The position numbers were made by a program, and so were the translations under genes. A DNA stretch of 60,424 nucleotides from the sequence record OQ101257.1. One strand, given 5' to 3'. The stretch is from Acinetobacter phage Acba_15. Below the pieces are notes generated by a model. That model saw only the letters and a list, made by a program, of their open reading frames with translations. It made no database searches and was not told the origin of the DNA. Shown here one piece after another: positions 25,802-34,233 of this stretch (the stretch's first letter is position 1; each line of letters begins with the position of its first letter).

Positions 25802-26141
25802 ATTTAGTTTTGATGTGTCTAAAGCAGCAGAAGACCAGGTGAAGCATATTGTTATGGATACTGTGCAATCCTTAGTTAATTTAAGTCCTGTTGATACTGG
25901 AGCATACCGTGCTTCACATATTGTTTCGGTTGGATCTGCTGATTTCGGCGTGCGTGAACCTGAAACAAACCCTATTAACGACGCAGCGATTCAGGCAATG
26001 AAGATTAAGTTAGGTAATTTGGTTTATATCCAGAACAATAAAGCTTATGGACCGCGCTTAGAAAACGGCTGGTCTGATCAAGCACCACAAGGTATTTATG
26101 GCCTCACGTTTAACTTTATTTCTCAAAAGTACGGTGGCTAA
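25770..26141 (+). CDS. Tail-completion or neck protein (hypothetical).
   Basis: ORF in the head-tail joining cluster. Confidence 0.3.
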   Translation: MMGWKGKKPTEFSFDVSKAAEDQVKHIVMDTVQSLVNLSPVDTGAYRASHIVSVGSADFGVREPETNPINDAAIQAMKIKLGNLVYIQNNKAYGPRLENGWSDQAPQGIYGLTFNFISQKYGG

Positions 26142-26142
26142 A

Positions 26143-26541
26143 ATGGCAATGACTTTAGAGCAGACAAGGCAAGCTATTATTGATCGCATGCAAAGCTTTA
26201 CGGGTATTGCTCAAGAACGGATTCAGTATCCAAATGCACCTGACTTTACTGTTCCAACAAAAGGTGTATGGTGCCGTTTAACGATTGCAGGTGGCCCGAG
26301 TTTTACCTCAGGCATTGCAGATAAGCCATGTACACGCCGTACCGGTAATATCATGATCCAATGCTTTGACCGATTACATACTGGAGAGAAGGCCGTAACG
26401 GTTCTAAGCGATGCATTGCTGGCTCATTTTGAATATTTCACAATCGAACACTTAGAATGTTTGAATGGCCAATCTATTTATGCGGGTAAAGATGCTGATT
26501 TCATTCAGTATAATGTGAGCATTGGGTACAAGGTGAATTGA
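26143..26541 (+). CDS. Hypothetical structural protein.
   Basis: Start set at the ATG after the previous stop. Confidence 0.3.
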   Translation: MAMTLEQTRQAIIDRMQSFTGIAQERIQYPNAPDFTVPTKGVWCRLTIAGGPSFTSGIADKPCTRRTGNIMIQCFDRLHTGEKAVTVLSDALLAHFEYFTIEHLECLNGQSIYAGKDADFIQYNVSIGYKVN

Positions 26542-26542
26542 T

Positions 26543-26761
26543 ATGTCATGTATGCTGACTTTAGAAGAAATCGAAATTAAACGGCAAGAACTGGAACGGC
26601 ATCTTGAAGATGTTATGTCTGTTGAGTTGAGCAAATGGCAATCTGAAAACAAGCTATGTGTTTCTGATGTGAATATACGCTTGGCTAATGTTGTTAGTCT
26701 CGGAGGGCCTAAACATAACGTTGTTACTGGAGTAAGTGTCGATTTAGATAATGAGCTTTGA
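26543..26761 (+). CDS. Hypothetical protein.
   Basis: ORF only. Confidence 0.3.
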   Translation: MSCMLTLEEIEIKRQELERHLEDVMSVELSKWQSENKLCVSDVNIRLANVVSLGGPKHNVVTGVSVDLDNEL

Positions 26762-26869
26762 GTTCAAGAAAAAGCTACTGCAAGGCGATTATTTTTAATG
26801 ACCTCAGCATATTATCATTTGTGATTACATTCTGTTACAGTAATGGAAATTTATAACAAATGGTAAAAC

Positions 26870-27391
26870 ATGAAAAAATCAACTTTAGGCTGGGGTGCCG
26901 CAGGATTAGTAGCTTTAGGGATTTTTGGTTCAGGCAATGATAACTCTCCAAAACAAACTTCAGACTCAGAAAATGCGCAGAGTGCAGTAGAGGAAGTTAT
27001 CGAATCAAAATATATCAACACTAATTCTTTAAATATTAGAGATAAACCAAACGGTCAAGTAGTAGGAAAGTTAGGACGTGGGGAAAAAGTTGATATTTAT
27101 GAGATGAAAGGAAACTGGGCACGTATTTCCTTAAATTCCTCATCACCTCAGTGGTTATCAACAAAGCTATTATGTGAAACGGATGGCTGTTTTAAACAAA
27201 AGTCTCGATCAACCACGTCAAATAATTATCAGGCCTTAAAATCTCATCCTCATCATTCTGAAAGAAAACAGAAAAAAACCTACTACGATAGTGATTGTTC
27301 ATGTGCTGTGGTGGATTATTGCGTGGGTCCTAGAGGTGGGCACTACTGTATTACGAGTGGAGGAAACAAGAGATATAAACCTAGATATTAA
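26870..27391 (+). CDS. Secreted SH3b-domain protein with a Cys-rich C-terminus. Moron.
   Basis: Signal peptide MKKSTLGWGAAGLVALGIFGSG. SH3b-like segment LNIRDKPNGQVVGKLGRGEKVDIYEMKGNWARI. Eight Cys in the last 60 aa. It has its own upstream gap and a downstream terminator. Confidence 0.5.
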   Translation: MKKSTLGWGAAGLVALGIFGSGNDNSPKQTSDSENAQSAVEEVIESKYINTNSLNIRDKPNGQVVGKLGRGEKVDIYEMKGNWARISLNSSSPQWLSTKLLCETDGCFKQKSRSTTSNNYQALKSHPHHSERKQKKTYYDSDCSCAVVDYCVGPRGGHYCITSGGNKRYKPRY

Positions 27392-27445
27392 TTAATTTGA
27401 ATTATGAGACCTCCATTTTGAGAGGTACTTTATGTCTTAATCACT

Positions 27446-27467
27446 ACCACCTCATCGGTGGTTTTTT
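27446..27467 (+). terminator. Intrinsic terminator.
   Basis: Hairpin ccacctcatcggtgg followed by ttttttt. Confidence 0.55.
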
Positions 27468-27487
27468 TATGTCTATAGGAATCACTT

Positions 27488-27841
27488 ATGAGCAATTTTG
27501 TATTTAAGCGTGGTGACACTTTCAACTTAAATCTTCAGCTAGTTGATATGGATGAAGCCCTGCAATATCCACCAGATGATGTGCGCCGTGCAATTGATCT
27601 TACAGGTTATACCTTCACTTCACAGGTTAAAGCTCTGGCTGATGGTGCTACTGTGGCCACATTAACTTGTACTGCATTAAGCCAAAGCACACAGAAAGGG
27701 TGGCTGAACATTAAATCTAGTGCAAGCACTGCAACTTGGCCTTTAGGGCTGTGTCAGATGGATATTAAAGCTGTAGTTAGTGGCACTACACAGCACACTG
27801 AAACTTTGACTTTCCAAGTGATTGACGGGGTAACAGCATAA
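27488..27841 (+). CDS. Hypothetical tail protein.
   Basis: Call based on position. Confidence 0.3.
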   Translation: MSNFVFKRGDTFNLNLQLVDMDEALQYPPDDVRRAIDLTGYTFTSQVKALADGATVATLTCTALSQSTQKGWLNIKSSASTATWPLGLCQMDIKAVVSGTTQHTETLTFQVIDGVTA

Positions 27842-29196
27842 TGGCAAATCTTGTTTTTAAATTTAGTTGGGATCACCGGCCATTCCCGTATAACTCGGCT
27901 CAGGGAAAACGGCAATTCATGCTGCCATTCGCTTCAGGCATTCCTAATCTGGCACCAAACTTTTCGCAGGTCCAAGGTACTGCTGCAGTCTCTCAAGGTG
28001 GTACTGGGGCGACAACTGCACTAGATGCTCGAAATAATCTCGGAGCAGCAGAAAAAGGGGTGAATAGTGACATTACAGAGCTAAAAGGATTAACCAAGGC
28101 TATTGCAATTTCTCAAGGTGGTACCGGTGCAACAACTCCATCCGATGCTCGAACTAACTTAGGGCTTGGTAGTGCCGCGACTAGAAATGTTGGTACTACA
28201 GCTGGTAATTTGATAGAAGTTGGCGGTTTTGGAATTGGTGGAGTAGGCCAAACTTTTGAAAGAAAAATGATTACGGGAGTAAACCTAGATTCTGTCGTTA
28301 GCTATGTATTGTTATTTCCTTATTCTGTCAGAAGCTCACCCAATCGAAACATGTTTGGTGAGCTAGTGTTTTCGAGGGGTGATTCAGGCTCAGCAAATCA
28401 ACATTCGAGAACTTTAGTATCAATTCAGCAAGCATATGATCGTGTTACAGCTCGGTTTATTAGTATTGGTGTAACAACTCATATTTCAGGTATGGCTGTA
28501 GTTAAATATCAAAATGTAGACTATGTTGCCATTCGAAGAACAGCAAGTTCTTCAACATCGGCATTTAGATATTTTTCCGGTATTTCCAATATTACATCTG
28601 ATAATTATTTAGTTACTGTTCATACAGATGACGTTGTTATTGTCAGTGAGATACCTGTTGTAATTGAGCAGCTAAGAACATCTGCGAATACTTCTGTGGA
28701 TTCCAACGGTTTCATAAAAGCAGCATCACCAGTAGTTAAGCTATTTAACGACCATATCGAGCTCAATAATGATGCAGAAAAGCAGCCTATTGAATTTAAG
28801 AAAGTCGATGTAGGCGACTATTTACTTAAAGGCTCTTTAGGCTTTGCTCAAGAAGGTTGGTATATCGAAGTACCTAAAGACGCAAACGGCAACACAATCG
28901 TTGCAGTAGTGTATGACACCCTAGAAAATGGTGACATCTCAATTAAAACTTACAAGTGTAAGTTTGATTTTGAACTTGCTGCTGTTGTGGCAGATCACGA
29001 GAACCCAATGGACATTCCAGAAGGCCGCTGGATTGATATCCGTCTGCATGAAGAACCTGAACCAGAACCTGAGGTTGAAGAAACTTTGAGTGAAACACCA
29101 GTGGATTTCCAGCCTACTAACTTATCTCAGGCAGTTGCTGCAGCCATGAATGGCGTGGAACCGCCAGAAATCTCAGACACAGACGAAACACTTTAA
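27841..29196 (+). CDS. Fibre-like structural protein with N-terminal SQGGTGATT..DAR.NLG repeats.
   Basis: Two copies of the tail-fibre-type motif, and an acidic PEPEPE C-terminus. Confidence 0.4.
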   Translation: MANLVFKFSWDHRPFPYNSAQGKRQFMLPFASGIPNLAPNFSQVQGTAAVSQGGTGATTALDARNNLGAAEKGVNSDITELKGLTKAIAISQGGTGATTPSDARTNLGLGSAATRNVGTTAGNLIEVGGFGIGGVGQTFERKMITGVNLDSVVSYVLLFPYSVRSSPNRNMFGELVFSRGDSGSANQHSRTLVSIQQAYDRVTARFISIGVTTHISGMAVVKYQNVDYVAIRRTASSSTSAFRYFSGISNITSDNYLVTVHTDDVVIVSEIPVVIEQLRTSANTSVDSNGFIKAASPVVKLFNDHIELNNDAEKQPIEFKKVDVGDYLLKGSLGFAQEGWYIEVPKDANGNTIVAVVYDTLENGDISIKTYKCKFDFELAAVVADHENPMDIPEGRWIDIRLHEEPEPEPEVEETLSETPVDFQPTNLSQAVAAAMNGVEPPEISDTDETL

Positions 29197-29199
29197 TAA

Positions 29200-29222
29200 C
29201 CCGCTTAAAAAGCGGGTTTTTT
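29200..29222 (+). terminator. Intrinsic terminator.
   Basis: Hairpin cccgcttaaaaagcggg followed by tttttt. Confidence 0.55.
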
Positions 29223-29248
29223 ATTGCCTAAATTTTGGAGAACCATAA

Positions 29249-30166
29249 ATGAGTTCAGGCGCAAAAATTCGATTATATGCTTGTGAAGAAGCAGTTTTAG
29301 GAACAACTCCAGCAAACCCGATCTGGTACACAGTTCGCCGTGTAAGTGATGGTTTATCTGAAAATGTTTCTACTGAAGAAAGCAGTGAAGTGGTTGATTC
29401 ACGTTTTCGCCAAGGTGGGGTAGTTACTGAAGCAGAAGTAGCAGGTCAGTTAGAGTTTGAATTATCACTTGGTACCTTTGATTTGTTCTTAAGTGCTTTA
29501 GCATTCAATAACTGGGCGACAAACAGCTTAACAATTGGCGGTGCTGTTCGAAAATCATTAACGTTAGTTAAAGTTTTTGAAGATATTGGGCAGGTGTTTA
29601 TTTACCGTGGAGTTCAGGTCAATTCTGGTGAAATTACTATCCAGACTACAGGAAAGATCACTGGTAACTTTGGTCTTGTAGGTAGCTCATTTACTAGACA
29701 GCAAGTCAACCCTGTTGTAAATCCGATTGCAGCTTCAACACGTCCACTGGTCAGTATGCCAAACGTGGAAAACTTGCTTGTAAACGGCCAGTCAATTCAA
29801 GGCAAAGCATGTCTACAGTCTTTGACCATTTCTATTAACAATAACCTTGAAGCAATCCGTTGTATCGGATCTGGTAAATACACTCCAGAGTTTTATTTAG
29901 AGAAGATGATGGATATCGAAGCGAATGCTTCATTCATGTTCTCGGCCACAGCTGCTGGTTGGATTGATGCAATCAAAACCCGTGATGTGTTTACACTGAC
30001 CTTCGACATCAGAGACAGCAAAGGAAGTAAATATTCGTTCAACTTCCCGCAATTGGAAGTCATGGAAGCCAATCACCCGGATGGTGGGGGTGATGACATC
30101 ATTACTGTAGACATCAACTTTGCTCAAGTTCGTACAGCTCCAACGATTGTACGTGCTCTTGTGTAA
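29249..30166 (+). CDS. Major tail (tube) protein (probable).
   Basis: 305 aa, located directly upstream of the chaperone pair and the tape measure, which is the lambda V position. Confidence 0.45.
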   Translation: MSSGAKIRLYACEEAVLGTTPANPIWYTVRRVSDGLSENVSTEESSEVVDSRFRQGGVVTEAEVAGQLEFELSLGTFDLFLSALAFNNWATNSLTIGGAVRKSLTLVKVFEDIGQVFIYRGVQVNSGEITIQTTGKITGNFGLVGSSFTRQQVNPVVNPIAASTRPLVSMPNVENLLVNGQSIQGKACLQSLTISINNNLEAIRCIGSGKYTPEFYLEKMMDIEANASFMFSATAAGWIDAIKTRDVFTLTFDIRDSKGSKYSFNFPQLEVMEANHPDGGGDDIITVDINFAQVRTAPTIVRALV

Positions 30167-30185
30167 TCAGCTTAATCAGTAACAA

Positions 30186-30213
30186 AGCCTATGAAATTCC
30201 ATGGGCTTTTTTA
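30186..30213 (+). terminator. Intrinsic terminator or attenuator.
   Basis: Hairpin agcctatgaaattccatgggct followed by ttttttatt. Confidence 0.45.
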
Positions 30214-30236
30214 TTCCTAAAATTTCAGAGGTTGTT

Positions 30237-30752
30237 ATGGCTTTAAAAGTCGGAATTATTAAAAGCTCAGACGTATCAAAATGGTGTGAATACAAAGGTG
30301 CTGATGGAGAGGTACAGGCAGAATTTAAAGTCCGTGGTATCGCTTATAAGCCTTTTCAGGTAGCGATTGAACGAGCAGGAAACCAGATCTCGTCTAAAGG
30401 CTACGATGTAATGGTCAAAAATGAAGATGCCAAGCTTTATCACGAGTTGTTAATGGATGCATGCGCCGCCCACTTAATCGAAGACTGGAAAGGTGTGGTA
30501 TTTGCCGAAATCGTAGACGGTAAAACGGTCGAGTCCGAAAAACCTTATACACCTGAGAATGCCTCAAAGCTTCTTAATCTTGGTGATATTGGTATTTCGA
30601 TCTGGCTATTTATTAAAGAACAGGCCCAGAAGATTCAGGAAGAAGCAGACAAGGACAAGGCTTTAATTCTGGGAAAGTCATCGATCTCTACAAATACCAA
30701 AAAACGTATGCGTCGAAAACGCCGCACGAAATCGAACAAATCAAGTTCTTAG
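30237..30752 (+). CDS. Tail assembly chaperone, lambda gpG-like.
   Basis: Its position is before the tape measure. It overlaps a start-less -1 frame ORF and contains a G GGA AAG slippery site. The track start at 30201 lies inside the terminator, so the real start is at MALKV. Confidence 0.55.
   Translation: MALKVGIIKSSDVSKWCEYKGADGEVQAEFKVRGIAYKPFQVAIERAGNQISSKGYDVMVKNEDAKLYHELLMDACAAHLIEDWKGVVFAEIVDGKTVESEKPYTPENASKLLNLGDIGISIWLFIKEQAQKIQEEADKDKALILGKSSISTNTKKRMRRKRRTKSNKSSS
30671..30677 (+). other. Programmed -1 ribosomal frameshift slippery heptamer G GGA AAG.
   Basis: It is in the zero frame of the chaperone gene. The -1 frame stays open with no ATG from 30617 to 30997. Confidence 0.6.
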
Positions 30753-30997
30753 GTGGTCGTATTCCTGATCCACCAGAATATTCTTATGCGGCTGATTCCA
30801 TTCTTGCGGCATTTAGCACTATTTGCAGATCCAGACGATATGAGCAGGGTATCCCATTATCTTTAGATCAACAGGCAATCAATGTCTATGCTGAGCATAA
30901 TGATTTACCAGTAGCTGCTCATATCTTTAATGACTGTATTTTTGCATTGGATAATTTGTTTTTGGATGAGGTGCATAAGAAAGCGAGTAAAAAATAG
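30671..30997 (+). CDS. -1 frame extension giving a gpGT-like fusion product. The frameshifted chaperone runs 30237..30677, then continues in the -1 frame to 30997.
   Basis: ORF of 108 codons without a start codon, overlapping the 3' end of the chaperone gene. Confidence 0.5.
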   Translation, partial: GKVIDLYKYQKTYASKTPHEIEQIKFLGGRIPDPPEYSYAADSILAAFSTICRSRRYEQGIPLSLDQQAINVYAEHNDLPVAAHIFNDCIFALDNLFLDEVHKKASKK

Positions 30998-31006
30998 AAA
31001 TCTATA

Positions 31007-31270
31007 TTGCATTTGGCAAAAATCAAAGATAAATTGATGTCTCATACTTCTCACTCTTTGAGTAAGGGCCGCCGGTCGAATGTCGGGCTTTTTTTGTTAA
31101 GTGGTAATTCACCTACAAAGGAAAGCATGATGAAGAACCTTACTCATGCAGAACCCTATTTCATCATGCGTGAAAAAAAGGAACTGCAAAAGAGACTTTT
31201 AGATAAGAACAATGAACTATTGGAATTGATGCAAAGAGTTGAAAAATACTTGATGAGGATAGAAAAATAG
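31007..31270 (+). CDS. Hypothetical small protein. The start is uncertain and may be at 31127.
   Basis: ORF only. Confidence 0.25.
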   Translation: MHLAKIKDKLMSHTSHSLSKGRRSNVGLFLLSGNSPTKESMMKNLTHAEPYFIMREKKELQKRLLDKNNELLELMQRVEKYLMRIEK

Positions 31271-31287
31271 AGAGTTGTCTTTCTACA

Positions 31288-31322
31288 AAAAAGCCCGCCT
31301 AATCAGCGGGTTTATTTGTTTC
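31288..31322. terminator. Bidirectional intrinsic terminator.
   Basis: A-run, then hairpin gcccgcctaatcagcgggt, then a T-run. It lies between convergent genes. Confidence 0.5.
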
Positions 31323-31589
31323 TAGCTCTTCAATTCGTGCCATTAGTTTTTCAATTAAAACAGTTGCGCGATCTAAATTCTTATTGCTCATATCTATAAG
31401 CTTCATAACTTCAGTTGGGATTTTCTCATTTATATCAAGGCTTTCTTCAAGTCTTGCAACTATTTCAGCAGTTAAAGATCTTTCATTGTCTTTAGCCTTC
31501 TCTTCTAATAATTCTTTGAGCTTGCTAGGCATTCTAAAATTCACTTGAGAATAATCTTTAGCCATGGACCATATACCGCAAATTGACAA
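31299..31589 (-). CDS. Ribbon-helix-helix repressor, Mnt/Arc-like.
   Basis: VNFRMPSKLKELLEEKAKDNERSLTAEIVARLEESL is the Arc/Mnt RHH pattern. It is transcribed divergently from the next RHH gene. Confidence 0.5.
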   Translation of the reverse strand: MSICGIWSMAKDYSQVNFRMPSKLKELLEEKAKDNERSLTAEIVARLEESLDINEKIPTEVMKLIDMSNKNLDRATVLIEKLMARIEELETNKPAD

Positions 31590-31687
31590 TTAACTAATCA
31601 TATATAGCAAAAGTGCTTTACACAATGAAGCAAGAGTGCTATAAAGTAAAAATGCTATATAGCAAAGGTGCTTTATTGGAGGTAAAA

Positions 31688-31849
31688 ATGACAAGGCATG
31701 ATAAGCAAATGAACGTTCGTATGGCACATGAAACAGTAAGTGAATTAAAGGAGGTAGCAAAGAAAAATCGTCGATCGGTAACGGCTCAGTTAAATCAAAT
31801 CATAGAAGACTGGCTAAAAGAACAGAAACAACAGGATGCGAAAGCATGA
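31688..31849 (+). CDS. Ribbon-helix-helix repressor, Arc-like.
   Basis: MNVRMAHETVSELKEVAKKNRRSVTAQLNQIIEDWL. Confidence 0.5.
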   Translation: MTRHDKQMNVRMAHETVSELKEVAKKNRRSVTAQLNQIIEDWLKEQKQQDAKA

Positions 31850-31928
31850 AATTAACAGACAACAAAAAAGCCCCTGAATCTTGGCGGATGCGGAGCTTGA
31901 TTGAAGTCATAACAGTGAGATATGAACT

Positions 31929-32315
31929 ATGTTAAATATACCATTCGAATTTGATAAAGACAAGGTTCTAGATATTACCGATCTACTGCCAACCATTCCT
32001 ATTGAGATTCTTGAGAAAGTAACAGATCAAAACGGTTCTGTTTCGGCAGATGAAGAAAATTTTCTAAAATCTGTAGGCCGTGCTGCGGAAAATGCAAACC
32101 TTCCAGTTTTAAAGGGATTAAGTGCTATTGGTGTGTTGCTTGCCAACGCAAATGAAGAAATACCGTTAGGAACATTTAATGATGTTGGCTGGTTAATACA
32201 ATCGCTTAGCGAACAAGTTTTAGCTATAAGCCATATGCAAGGGTTCGCTGACTTACTTCTTGATGCAAGTAATAAGAACAAAATCTCTAAGGGCAATGGA
32301 GGGCTAATGTCATGA
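31929..32315 (+). CDS. Hypothetical protein.
   Basis: ORF overlapping the ant start. Confidence 0.3.
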   Translation: MLNIPFEFDKDKVLDITDLLPTIPIEILEKVTDQNGSVSADEENFLKSVGRAAENANLPVLKGLSAIGVLLANANEEIPLGTFNDVGWLIQSLSEQVLAISHMQGFADLLLDASNKNKISKGNGGLMS

Positions 32316-32851
32316 ATATGCTTATTAACCAAGAAACTTTAATTCCAGTTGTTGATAGAGATATTGGCGGAGAGGTTCAGCCTTCTGTTGATGCACGTGA
32401 ATTGCATAAGTGGCTTAAATCTGGGGAAATGTTTGCCACATGGATAAAAAAACGGATTAAGACCTATAAATTTATTGAAAATGAAGACTATATTAGTTTT
32501 TTGGTAAACCCCAAAAAACCTAATGGTGGGCGTTCTTCAAGAGAATACATATTAACTATTGATATGGCTAAAGAGCTGTCAATGGTTGAAAACAATGAAC
32601 AAGGTCGGGTTGCAAGACGTTATTTTATTAACTGTGAAAAAGCATTGCGACAAACAGCATTTGGATTAATGAACCAATTCAACAGAGCTGTATTAGAGTT
32701 TGAGAAGTTTACTGAAATTGCTTCAAATGCTGGAAGAACATTATGTTTGGTTGGTAAGCAGTACAAACCTCAAGCATTAAGTAAGGTTGAGGAGCTGAAG
32801 CAAAAGATTACGCCTTTGCTCCCATTCGAAGAAGACGAGATGCAAGCTTAA
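32312..32851 (+). CDS. AntA/AntB-family antirepressor.
   Basis: IPVVDRDIGGEVQPSVDARELHKWL...FATWIKKRIKTYKFIENEDY...REYILTIDMAKELSMVENNEQGRVARRYFI matches the AntA domain pattern. Confidence 0.6.
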   Translation: MNMLINQETLIPVVDRDIGGEVQPSVDARELHKWLKSGEMFATWIKKRIKTYKFIENEDYISFLVNPKKPNGGRSSREYILTIDMAKELSMVENNEQGRVARRYFINCEKALRQTAFGLMNQFNRAVLEFEKFTEIASNAGRTLCLVGKQYKPQALSKVEELKQKITPLLPFEEDEMQA

Positions 32852-32860
32852 AAGAATTAA

Positions 32861-32885
32861 GAACCCGCCAAGTGCGGGTTTTCTT
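32861..32885 (+). terminator. Intrinsic terminator.
   Basis: Hairpin cccgccaagtgcggg followed by ttttcttc. Confidence 0.45.
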
Positions 32886-32947
32886 CATGTGACATTTAGT
32901 AACCAGTTTGTTAAAGTTAGTACACTTTATAACAAACGGTGAAATTC

Positions 32948-33454
32948 ATGAAAAAGATTATTTTTATTCTAGCTGCACTAGGAATTATTACAAGTCATGG
33001 GTGTATTACTATTCCTTCTCCAGAAGAAGTCCAAAGAAATGCTTATAAAGGATATTCTGAAGTGGTAGAACTGAATAGTATTCCTAAAGATCAAATATTT
33101 GAACTTTCAAAAATCTGGATTGCTAAATCTTTTAATTCTGCAAACAATGTCATTCAGTATGCGGATAAAAATACTGGAATAATCATAGGGAAAGGTAACT
33201 TTTCTCTTAAATGCCCTGACAATGTAAAAGGTATGAATTGCTTAGCTTATACATCAACTAAAGCAGAATTTACTTTGAAAATAGAGATAAAAGATGGCAA
33301 ATCCAGATTGACCTTTAGTGATGTACACCAAGCTGTAAATAACTACCCATTTTATGACAATATTTCTAAACCTATTATTGATTCCCAGATTAAAGGGATA
33401 GTTAAGAACTATGGTCTTGATATCATAAATCAAAAGAATGATTCAAATTGGTAG
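32948..33454 (+). CDS. Lipoprotein. Moron.
   Basis: Signal peptide MKKIIFILAALGIITSHGC with a lipobox-like ITSHGC, in an AT-rich gene. Confidence 0.45.
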   Translation: MKKIIFILAALGIITSHGCITIPSPEEVQRNAYKGYSEVVELNSIPKDQIFELSKIWIAKSFNSANNVIQYADKNTGIIIGKGNFSLKCPDNVKGMNCLAYTSTKAEFTLKIEIKDGKSRLTFSDVHQAVNNYPFYDNISKPIIDSQIKGIVKNYGLDIINQKNDSNW

Positions 33455-33513
33455 TAATTTGCTAATAAATAAAAGGTTAAATACTCATACTTAATAGTTT
33501 TTAAATACCAAAT

Positions 33514-33584
33514 AGCCCACTCATCGAGTGGGTTTTTTAATACCCAAAACAAAACCCCAGTAGCGCTAACTACTGGGGTTTTTC
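33514..33584 (+). terminator. Two tandem intrinsic terminators.
   Basis: Hairpin agcccactcatcgagtgggtttttt and hairpin aaaaccccagtagcgctaactactggggttttt. Confidence 0.5.
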
Positions 33585-33625
33585 ATTCCACCCACCGACG
33601 AAAGTAAGAGGAAAGTAAATCTATA

Positions 33626-33775
33626 TGGAGCATTTTAAACCAATAGTGGAGCTTATGAAAGTGTCTATTGAAAAGTATGGCTTATGGCAGACAATTATTG
33701 CCTTTTTAATTTTGTTTTCCATACCAATTCTAATCTGGAAATTACCTGAAATCATTGCAGCGATTAAAGCCTAAA
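33626..33775 (+). CDS. Small membrane protein of 49 aa (hypothetical).
   Basis: Hydrophobic core IIAFLILFSIPILIW, followed by a terminator. Confidence 0.25.
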
Positions 33776-33825
33776 ACCGACCTATCAATGGTCGGTTTTT
33801 TATTACCGAAATTTTGGAAGCAAAT

Positions 33826-34173
33826 ATGACGGATAAATCCAAATGGTTTGTTTTTAAGAAAAATGATCAAGTTTTTGGATGTTTCAGGATTAAGCCTTTT
33901 TCCGATCCTGAATTTGGTAAAGCCTATAAAATGCTTTGTACCAAAAAAAGTATTTTTAGAATGAGTGCCATGCGATCTGCCCAAGAGTTTGCAAAAATTA
34001 TCGCAACTCATCTTATACAGGATTGGGAAAATATTGAACTTTCAAAAACAGGAATAGCTGGAGAAAAGGAAACACGGTATTCGCCTCAATCGGCCTATCA
34101 GCTATTGATGTATGGAGATCTAGGGGCTGAGATAACTTCATGGATCTTGGAAAAGTCCAAAAGTATTGCCTAG
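33826..34173 (+). CDS. Second tail-assembly-chaperone-like protein, paralog of 30237..30752.
   Basis: THLIQDWENIEL...YSPQSAYQLLMYGDLGAEITSWILEKS aligns with AHLIEDWKGVVF...YTPENASKLLNLGDIGISIWLFIKEQ. Confidence 0.45.
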   Translation: MTDKSKWFVFKKNDQVFGCFRIKPFSDPEFGKAYKMLCTKKSIFRMSAMRSAQEFAKIIATHLIQDWENIELSKTGIAGEKETRYSPQSAYQLLMYGDLGAEITSWILEKSKSIA

Positions 34174-34233
34174 TTAAGACTCGATTTATTGCCGCCGCTT
34201 AAGGTGGTTTTTTATTGCCTGAAGGAAAGTCAA

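Noticed and set aside
30201-30236. The ORF-track start (MGFFIPKISEVV) for the chaperone gene.
   Set aside because: That ATG lies inside the upstream terminator hairpin or T-run. The downstream ATG at 30237 (MALKV) is the more plausible start. The same pattern of TTG/GTG or in-terminator starts is seen at 14491, 33814 and 34189.
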